From NCBI GenBank assembly GCA_964016885.1, contig OZ024761.1:9982001-10046000 (forward strand): 64,000 nt of DNA. The letters are read 5' to 3'. Of the stretch, positions 55,679 through 64,000 are shown piece by piece. A model generated the notes under the pieces. The model had not been told where the DNA came from. It saw nothing but the letters and a program-made list of their open reading frames with translations, and did no database searches. A program made the translations under genes and the position numbers. Positions within the stretch are counted from its first letter, which is position 1; each line of letters begins with the position of its first letter. The DNA is from Eledone cirrhosa. Its lineage: Eukaryota.

Positions 55679-55789
55679 GTATGTATGTATGTATGTATAT
55701 ATGTATGTCTGTATGTCTGTATATATGTGTGTGTATATATATATGTGTGTGTGTGGGTGTGTGTGGGTTAGTCACACTCCAAATCATGT

Positions 55790-57225
55790 AGGGTGAGAAA
55801 TTCTACTCCAAATGTTTGCATTGGGTTGAACTCTGCTGAAAGTACCCAAGAGCCTACAACTCAAAGGGAAACCCTGTTCCCTCTATTGAGGGTACCCAAA
55901 GACCCAACATGGTGGTATCAAACCAGATAGTGTGTTAGTTCTACTACTCAGTTTAATATTGTAGAACCAGGTGTAGTTTCAGGTGGCTTGGTTTTGGTAT
56001 CAAAAGAATTTTAACTCTTTTGGGGCGCTGCAACAGTAGATAGCCCCAAATCCAAGGGGTTGGAAACCCTGAGAGGTAGACCCTGTTCCAAATGTTTGTA
56101 ATATGTTGTACTCTTTTAACCCAAGGGGTTAGTGTTAAATCAAGAACCTAAGATAGGGATAGTAAACCAGGTAGTGTGTTGATTCTACCATTCAAATGGA
56201 AACCCTGAGAGGTGAGAAGTCCTGCTTTAAATGTTTGCAACAATAGAAGCCCAAGGACACAAGGGGTTGGTGTTAAAGCAGACAGTGTGTTAGTTCTATC
56301 ACTAAGAGGGAAATTAAGGGTGAGAAATCTTGGTCAGAATGTTTGCAATATGTTGGCCTCTGTTGAGGGTCCCCAAGAACCTGAGATGGTGATATTAACC
56401 CTTTAACATTTGCATTACTCTATATTTACTATTGTATTTTCACAGTAGAGACTGTATCTCACATAATTATTGAATCTATGAGGTTTTGATATTATTTATT
56501 TTGAGAACAATATCTTAACATCAGTATGAGTGGACAATTACAGCCAGTTAGAACAGAAAGAGGTGAGAGAATTCTGGTCGGATATGGCCAGTTTAAATGC
56601 TAAAGGGTTAAACTAGATTGTGTGTTGATTTTACCATTCAAAGAGAAACCTTGAGAAGTGAGAAATCTTGTTCAAAATGTTTGCAACAATAGGAGCCTAA
56701 TAACCCAAATAATTGGTATTAAACTAAGCAGTGTGTTGGTTCTACAACTGAGAGAGAAACCCCTAAGTCTTGCTTCAAATGTTTGTTACACTAGGGGCTC
56801 AAGAAGTCATGGGTTTAGTATTAAACCAGACATTGTGTTAGTTCTACGACTGAGAGATGAGAAGTCCTACAAATGTTTGCAACAGCAGGGGCTCAAGAAT
56901 TTAAAGGGTTAATGTTAAACCAGACAGTGTGTTAGTTTTACAACTGAAAGGTGAGAAGTCCTGCTCAAATGTTTGCTACAGTAGAGACTCAAGAATTCAA
57001 AGGTTTGGTATTAAACCAGTGTGTTTGTTCTACAACTGATAGGTGAGAAGTCCTGTTCAAATGTTTGCTCAAGAAGTCAAAGGTTTAGTATTAAATAAGA
57101 CAGTGTGTTAGTTGTACAACTGAGTGGTGAGAAGTCCTGCTACAAATATTTGCTACAGTAGGGGCTCAAGAATTTGAGGGATTAGTGTTAATCCAAGAAG
57201 TGTGTTAATTCTTTAACTGAGAGTA
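55790..57225. repeat. Degenerate ~80-90-bp tandem repeat array
   Basis: Recurring ggtgagaagtcctg..caaatgtttgc..cagtaggggctcaagaa...ggtttagtattaaaccagacagtgtgttagttctacaactga. Confidence 0.75.
56399..56607 (-). mobile_element. piggyBac-type MITE inserted in the degenerate tandem array
   Basis: TTAA-CCCTTTAACATTT...AAATGCTAAAGGG-TTAA; removing it restores the host unit (gatattaa|actagattgtgtgtt). Confidence 0.85.
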
Positions 57226-58423
57226 AAATGGATAAAATACCAATATGGTATTTGATCTGGATTTTTACATTCTAAGTTCAAATCTCACCAAGTTCAACTT
57301 TGCCTTTCGTCTTTCCGGGATCAATAATATAAAGTACCAGTTAAGTACTGACTGTTGGAATTAATATACATTTTAAAAAATCTATCAATGTTTGCTTGTT
57401 GATCTAAGACAGTTTGTGATCAATCACTAGAAAACATTAACCTATTTGTTACAATATTTCTAATAAAAGACCCCTAGTTTTGAAATTAACTAAGAATTGA
57501 TAATATGAGAGTTACTCCAGGTAGAGCCACTACTTCTCCGAATTGAGGGATCACAGCTCCGATACTGTGGGCATGTGGTTGGAATGTTTCAGGAAAGAAT
57601 CACTGGACAGATTTTACTGGCAAAACCAACCGGCAGAAGACCCAGTGGGTAGACCCCGAGCAAGATGGTTGGATAACATGGATGAGCTTGACTGGTCACG
57701 CTTAGGGATCCAGCCGGATCAGCTGGACATGTTTGCTTCTGACAGGATCCGCTGGAAAGGAGTATTTGAGGACCCTGCTCCCACGATCCTCTTGGGAATG
57801 AGTGGGCAAAGAAGAAGAGATTTAGTAATATAACAAACTTTCCCATTATTTAGTCAGTGCTTGGAGCATAACTTAAAGATTCTTACACAGAATTTTAATG
57901 GAAGGTTTTTATATAAATCTATACACTTTAACTCCCTCATTATTATATTTCTAATGAAAGACACTGTCTGTGATTTTCAAATATTTTGAAAATAATCAAG
58001 AATTTTGGAGAATTTAGAAATATAACAAATTTAGTCATTTTTAAGTTGGTGTTTGGAGCATAACTTAAGAAAGGTACACAGAATTATGATGGAAGGTTTT
58101 TAGATGAATATACATACAGTAAATGTGATTAGTGTTAGATATTAGGAAGGGCATCCAGCTGTAAAATACCCGGCCAAATTTACAGTCCTTGTCGGAGCAA
58201 GGTAGGGTGTGGTCAACTTTGGCTAGATGTTTCTACCTCTGTGCTGGGCCAGATCTGGCTTCTTAACATGAGCTGGTGTAATCAGCTGTTGGGTAGCAGA
58301 GTGTTATATGAATAGAATACAGGGTCACACGGTCGGGTCACAAACTATGGACACAACATCCACTGAAATGCCGTCTTATGATTTTTATACATAGGTACAC
58401 AATATCAGAAATTTTAGAATTAA

Positions 58424-58631
58424 CCCTTTAGCATTTAAACTGGCCATATCCGGCCAGAATTCTCTCACCACTTTCTGTTCAAACCAGCCGTAACCTGCTG
58501 CTCATACTTATGTTAAAGTATTGTTCTCAAAATAAATAATATAAAAATCTTGTAGATTCGATATTATGTGAGATAAAGTGTTTACTGTAAAAATACAATA
58601 GTAAATATTGAGTAATGTAAATGATAAAGGG
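58424..58631 (+). mobile_element. piggyBac-type MITE
   Basis: TTAA-CCCTTTAGCATTTA...TAAATGATAAAGGG-TTAA. Confidence 0.85.
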
Positions 58632-58793
58632 TTAAGGTTAGAAAATTCACCCCACCCCACTCCAGTATGTAACTGGTACTATATTTTAATGACCCTAGCG
58701 GGATTTGGAAATCAGAATGTAAAGAGCTGGAAAACTGAGTGTCTAATGGACAGTTAGCTGAATCTGAAGTAGACTTATTTGAAAGAAAAATTC

Positions 58794-58850
<57 letters not shown>

Positions 58851-58881
58851 GTATGTTTATATATATATATATATATATATA

Positions 58882-59106
58882 GTGGTCATGATGGTGACAC
58901 GGTAAAAAGCATCCAGCCCAGTACACACTGTAAATGAGGTTGACCTTAGGAAGGGCATCCATCTCTAGAAACTAAGTTCTAGCTGTAGACATAGTTCTGT
59001 ATGAGCAAGACATGGTCACCTGACCTAACATTGTCCACAACAGGACAACTCATCTAACCCATGCCAGCATGGAAAAATGGGCATAAAATGATGATGATGA
59101 TGATGA
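58882..59106 (+). mobile_element. Family-B SINE 3' part
   Basis: taggaagggcatcca...aacccatgccagcatggaaaaatgggcataaaatgatgatgatg. Confidence 0.7.
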
Positions 59107-59294
59107 CATGTATGTGTGTATATATATATATATATATGTCTGCAAATGTATGTATATATGAATCTCTCCCCCCACATATATATATAGAGAGAGAGAATTG
59201 GTCCCTTCCTCATTCACTCTCATCTGGGAACAGTTTTGTATGGTACCAGTTTGTGATTTGAACTCGGGAATTTTATATCCTCCGAGCAAGAAGA

Positions 59295-59377
59295 ACCTTC
59301 TGACGAGAATCCCCTCTCAATGGTGGGCCGCCTCGATTATCCATTTATTTTGGGATTTGAAACCGCGCGGTAAGGGT
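59295..59377 (+). ncRNA. Type-I hammerhead ribozyme motif
   Basis: acctt-CTGACGA-GAATCCC...GGGATTT-GAAA-CCGCGCGG-TA-agggt. Stem I is 5 bp, the base of stem II is 7 bp, stem III is palindromic (ACCGCGCGGT), GUA site. Confidence 0.75.
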
Positions 59378-59445
59378 ACATATAGTAAGTACAGTGAACT
59401 TTTTAAAATTTATTTAATAACTTTTTCTCTATTTGCTAGGCCTTG

Positions 59446-59500
<55 letters not shown>

Positions 59501-59590
59501 AAAAGGTAAACAGAAATAATAACACAATCGGTACAGTATAGTATATGGAAAGAATATATTAGGTTAACACTTGAAATAGCAGGAAGAGGG

Positions 59591-59626
59591 TCTTAACGTT
59601 TCGGACACTAGTCCTTCATCAGAAGA
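59591..59626 (-). ncRNA. Minimal hammerhead ribozyme motif
   Basis: tctt-CTGATGA-A-GGAC-TAGT-GTCC-GAAA-CG-TT-aaga with palindromic AACGTT stem III. Confidence 0.65.
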
Positions 59627-59851
59627 GAGAATGTATATATATATATATATATATATTAGGTATAGGATTATCCAAGATGCAGTGATGGTTAATTACTACA
59701 CTGGATATGGTTGACGTACGGTAAGAGGTTACTCTACGAGTTATGGAAGAATTGTTCAAGAAACTTAGTTCCTGATCCTTCAGTATTCCGGAGTGTATAT
59801 AAAGAATGAATAATAACAGGTAGACATCATAAAAAGGTAGTTTATTCCGTG

Positions 59852-59963
59852 TGCTTACAAGTGTTTCCACGGTGGTACTGCAGCCTAGTTCCGCTACGTG
59901 CAAATTCACAAGTATTTGCAGAACTCGAATATCCAATGCTGTGACCACTGTTTCCTCAGAGCA
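59852..59963 (-). ncRNA. Hammerhead ribozyme motif with ~90-nt stem II in the Penelope terminal repeat (mirror copy 61360-61471, + strand)
   Basis: tgct-CTGAGGA-aACAGTGGT...ACCACCGTg-GAAA-CACTTG-TA-agca, with internal helices CAGC/GCTG and AGTTCTGC/GCGGAACT. Confidence 0.65.
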
Positions 59964-60456
59964 GAATGGTAAATATACAATGTAAAAACCCTTAAGTGGG
60001 GTTGTTGGGGAAGATAGAGTGGAACAGGAAGAGAGAAAAGTAGGGAAGATGGAGAGAGAAGGAAAGATATGCAGGGGTTGGAGAAGTAGGAGAGAGTGGC
60101 TTGTAGATATCTTAATCAAAATGTTATGGTAGGGGTTTTATTAGTTACTTTTGGAGAGATGCGTAGATAGTTGAGGTCGGAATTATTTATTGCCCCAGAG
60201 GTCAAGTTCATAGATGTTGAGAGGGAGGTAGGTCAAAGGTGAGAGAGAGAGAGTGTAATGGATGTAGAGAGAGATATATAGGTAGAGAGGGGACAGATAA
60301 AGTATATGTGGTGAGTGAACTTTTGGTTTTGTAGTAGTAATCTAGGAATTGTACTGAGTTACCATGTATAGTGATAAGCAGTGTATTGTCTTGTAGTGTG
60401 GGGGAGAAGAGAAGGTTGTTAGCTAGAAAGTGGTGTTGTAGTTACGGGTTCGAATG

Positions 60457-61211
60457 TTAAGTTATTTTATAGTGAGAGAATTTAGCTTTTAGTTTGTGGT
60501 TGCAGTATAATGATCGTTCAATTCTATCGTTAAGTAATTTGTTTTTGGATTTTAGTATGTAAAATAGCTCAAGGTTACATAACCTGCAGTACTTCAAACC
60601 ACTCCGATATGCATTTGCGCTGGAAAGTATATCCCATTTTAAGGTGAACTGTTGGTTGTGTTCGCGGAGTTGCCAGGTCTTGTTGGCGAGCGTGGTCACA
60701 AAACGGTGATTCTGATGTTTGATTGAGAATCGATGACGGTACCAGCGAGATTTAAACGATGTGGTGGTAGATCCGATATAATACCATTTCTGGTCGTCCG
60801 ATTCAACCGTGCATTGGTAAACAATGTTGGACTTTAGGCATTCATTCTGCAATGGACATCTTTCAGGTAGATGGCAGTTACATGCTTTGTTGTGGGTAGC
60901 GGGTATACCATGGATAGGTTGTGATAGCGGTACAGGTGGGTTGTGCAATACCCGTCTCCCATTTAGTGGTTGGGAGGCAGATATTGCGTTCTGCCCACCT
61001 GTTACTAAAATGTTTTGTTTTGTAGAGTTGTTTAATTGCCTTAAGTTAAGTTTTTTTATGTATGCTTCAAGGTTTGGTGCCGTGGAGTATGATAGTCTAA
61101 TAGTTTTGGAGTTCAGAATTTTGCTGTACTTATGGGAACTAGGGAAGTGTTTATTGATTAATTTAAAGAATGAAAGAGATAGTTTTGTACTAATCGAGGC
61201 ATTAAAAATAG
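60457..61211 (-). CDS. Penelope-like GIY-YIG endonuclease domain (C-terminal part of the element ORF; RT missing)
   Basis: KLINKHFP...IRLSYS...CNCHLPERCPLQNECLKSNIVYQCTV...YYIGSTTTSFKSRWYRH...CRLCNLE...LLNDR...CNHK; the frame is open up to the inversion junction. Confidence 0.85.
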
Positions 61212-61518
61212 GATATCTACAAGCCACTCTCTCCTACTTCTCCAACCCCTGCATATCTTTCCTTCTCTCTCCATCTTCCCTACTTTTCTCTCTTCCTGTT
61301 CCACTCTATCTTCCCCAACAACCCCACTTAAGGGTTTTTACATTGTATATTTACCATTCTGCTCTGAGGAAACAGTGGTCACAGCATTGGATATTCGAGT
61401 TCTGCAAATACTTGTGAATTTGCACGTAGCGGAACTAGGCTGCAGTACCACCGTGGAAACACTTGTAAGCACACGGAATAAACTACCTTTTTATGATGTC
61501 TACCTGTTATTATTCATT

Positions 61519-61558
<40 letters not shown>

Positions 61559-61561
<3 letters not shown>

Positions 61562-61800
61562 TCATCATCATCATCGTTTAACGTCCATGTTCCACACTTG
61601 CATGGGTTTGGACGGGAGTTTTCCCACTTGAGGCAAGAGTGGTTGTCTTGCTCGCATAGGACTGTCTGGCGGGTTTTCTACAGCTGGATGCCCTTCCTAA
61701 CACCAACCACATTTACAGTGTGGGGCTGGGAGGTGTTTACCGTGTTGCCTACACGGCCACATTACAGCGTGGACTGTGTTTTTTTGTCGTGACACCTACA
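61559..61800 (-). mobile_element. Family-B SINE 3' part
   Basis: (CAT)n-cgtttaacgtcc...ttctacagctggatgcccttcctaacaccaacc. Confidence 0.7.
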
Positions 61801-62329
61801 CGATCTCATTTGTTTCGGCCTGGATGTTGTGGCACCAACGTAACTTTACATTGAAAGGGGCGGTGTGGATGGGGTGGGGGTGGTGTGACGGGGGCGTATT
61901 TTGTTAGAGATGCCTACTGACTGTAGTAGGTTTACTTTGTGTGTGAAAAGAATATCGTTTTTTACAAAGACAATATAACAATGCTTTTCCTATCAGTCAC
62001 GTTACTACAAGAAGTTTACTTTCTCATCTCAAGGTCCTGAGTTCTAATCCTACATTTGTCCCTGTAAATATTTATTCAAAGTTACTCATATATTTAATAT
62101 TATAGGGTTTCTTTTATGCAAAACATAAATTTGCCAGTTTGTATGATTGTGAACAGAGACGAGTGCAATAAAGAAAATCGTCTTTCGAGGGTATTAACCA
62201 GATTTTCTTCGCTATTATTTATAGTAATCGACTATGGACTGTGTTCACAGTTATTTTATATGTTCGAGATTTTCTACATTTCCTTATATCAATGCTTAGG
62301 GGATATATATATATATATAAGCAAAAGGG

Positions 62330-62633
62330 ATATTCAATTTGTTGGTATTTCAACAAATATAAATGTTTATAACTGATTCAGAGCACTCGACAGATTTTGG
62401 AGTATAATATTCAATGATATTAAATAAATGGAAACTATATTTATAAAACCATATTTATTCTATTATATATATTTCAAGGGTAAAGAAAAACTGGAACCGT
62501 TAAGGTATTTGTTCTTGGTTATGTCAACATTTATAAAACAAACTTTGTATTTTATCTGATGAGGCCGTACCAAAGTTTTGGTACCCTTGAAATATATTTT
62601 ATAAATATAGTTTCCATTTATTTAATATCATTG
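62330..62633. mobile_element. Family-D fold-back element with hammerhead core at 62551-62605 (+)
   Basis: 62412-62482 is inverted at 62582-62633 (with a deletion). Core reads tttat-CTGATGA-GGCCGTACCAAA..TTTGGTACCCTT-GAAA-TATAT...ataaa. Confidence 0.65.
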
Positions 62634-62850
62634 TGTGTATATATATATATAACAAGGAGTTGTGGCAAGGAACCAGGTCGACCATAACGCACCATAGTAC
62701 TCGATACTTAGGGTAGTAGAGTGGGTAATAGGAAAATGTATGACCCCGACGGCAGAGCTCAAGCCGTTTCGACGATATATATATGGGTTAATCACTACCT
62801 TGATTAAATCTTAACCATTTAACATCTCAGGGTATGTCATGTATCATTAT

Positions 62851-62904
62851 ATTTTGTCTGATGAGGACGTACTGTTGTACATCCGAAATATGTATAATAA
62901 AATG
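62851..62904 (+). ncRNA. Degenerate hammerhead motif
   Basis: attttgt-CTGATGA-GGACGTAC-TGTT-GTACATCC-GAAA-TATG-TA(TA)-ataaaat; stem II is related to 3546-3606. Confidence 0.55.
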
Positions 62905-63120
62905 TAATTGATCAAAAGAACATCTATTTTATTAATACTTATATTTTAATAATAACTCCAGAAAATTATTTTTCGTTGAGTGCTTCCAATCTACTGTAAA
63001 ACTCATTCTTTGACATAATCATTGAATATTGTTTAACACTTTAACATATAAATGTATATATATATAAATATATATATATGTATATATATATGTATGTATG
63101 TATATATGTATGTATGTATG

Positions 63121-63156
<36 letters not shown>

Positions 63157-63305
63157 TATGTATATATATATATTGTTATACTTTGGGAGGGTCAAATTCA
63201 GAAACGATATATATGTATATATATATATATGTATATATATGCATGTATATATATATATATGTACGTATGTATGTATATATGTAGGTATATATATATATAT
63301 ATATG

Positions 63306-63910
63306 TCAGGTCACCAGTTGGTGCTACTGGTAACATGTATCCCAGTACAACCTGTCTCATGGTCGGGTCGTTGGCGACTAAACTGGCAACCCCACCAAGG
63401 TTTCTTGGTGAGGAGGGTGACTTTGGACATCCTGCAGGACTAAAAACAAAACCTGTCAAAGGGCAAAGGAGCTCTTAAGAGTCAATGGCCATCCAAAATC
63501 ACCGGGAGAGATGACCCCTTAGCCTTTGTCAAGGCAGAATTCTAGGAGAAGGAAAACTCTGATATAACACCTGCAACCCTGATGGTATCCAATGATGTTG
63601 ACTTGTTCTTCTTTTTGGTAAATATCATCTTGGTTAAGAGAGTGGAACTGGCTTTGTGCAATGCCTTTGCTCACTATAAAAGCTTCACGGCACAGGCATT
63701 GCTTTGTATCTGGAGATCTCTCTGCACTTGTCGTCACATGGTACCATGGGCCCAGCACTATGTGTCAATAATTGTCACAAGTGTAGTGTTTGTACCAGAG
63801 TTTTCAAGTCGCTGGCTGGACTAAAAAGTCACACTCGTTCAGCGCATCGGTAGGGGTTCTCCTACATGGATATAAAGTAGTGGCCGTACTCGAAAACGAG
63901 TTGGCAGCCA

Positions 63911-63912
<2 letters not shown>
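63306..63912 (+). mobile_element. Probable internally deleted RTE-clade retroelement flanked by (TA)n
   Basis: Structured 5' part with ctaggagaaggaaaactctga (resembles RTE 5' UTRs, from recollection). The 3' part encodes a lone terminal C2H2 finger HKCSVCTRVFKSLAGLKSHTRSAHR* (63776-63853) followed by a ctcg-aaaa-cgag hairpin. Confidence 0.5.
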
Positions 63913-63967
<55 letters not shown>

Positions 63968-64000
63968 TGTATATATATATATATATATATGTATGTATAT

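Larger units (their letters stand above)
59802..61521 (-). mobile_element. 5'-truncated Penelope-like retroelement with 310-bp inverted terminal repeats
   Basis: 59802-60111 is the reverse complement of 61212-61521. The arms enclose a GIY-YIG ORF, each arm holds a hammerhead, and the right end abuts (TA)n. Confidence 0.88.

Overview
AT-rich, microsatellite-saturated animal genomic DNA with a 200-N assembly gap at 23377-23576. The repeat landscape suggests a coleoid cephalopod (octopus-like); this is inference only. The only host coding sequence I can support is one ~7.6-kb exon on the minus strand (acceptor at 35236, ATG at 35117, GT donor after 27628). It encodes ~2,500 aa of a dispersed multi-C2H2 zinc-finger protein whose last finger is split by the intron. 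The rest is repeats: two tRNA-derived SINE families, decayed RTE-clade LINE fragments, a TTAA-flanked piggyBac-type MITE family, an internally deleted DD37D (maT-type) Tc1/mariner transposon, a 5'-truncated Penelope-like retroelement (GIY-YIG endonuclease) with 310-bp inverted terminal repeats, and satellites of 20, 31, 33, 57 and 78 bp. The most notable hidden signal is about a dozen type-I hammerhead ribozyme motifs (CUGANGA...GAAA...UH, with pairing stems I and II and often palindromic stem III). They occur on both strands, often in short fold-back elements next to (TA)n tracts, and two types have an unusually long (~90 nt) stem II. All folds were read by eye and are untested. Nearly all ORFs in the supplied track are microsatellite or satellite artefacts.
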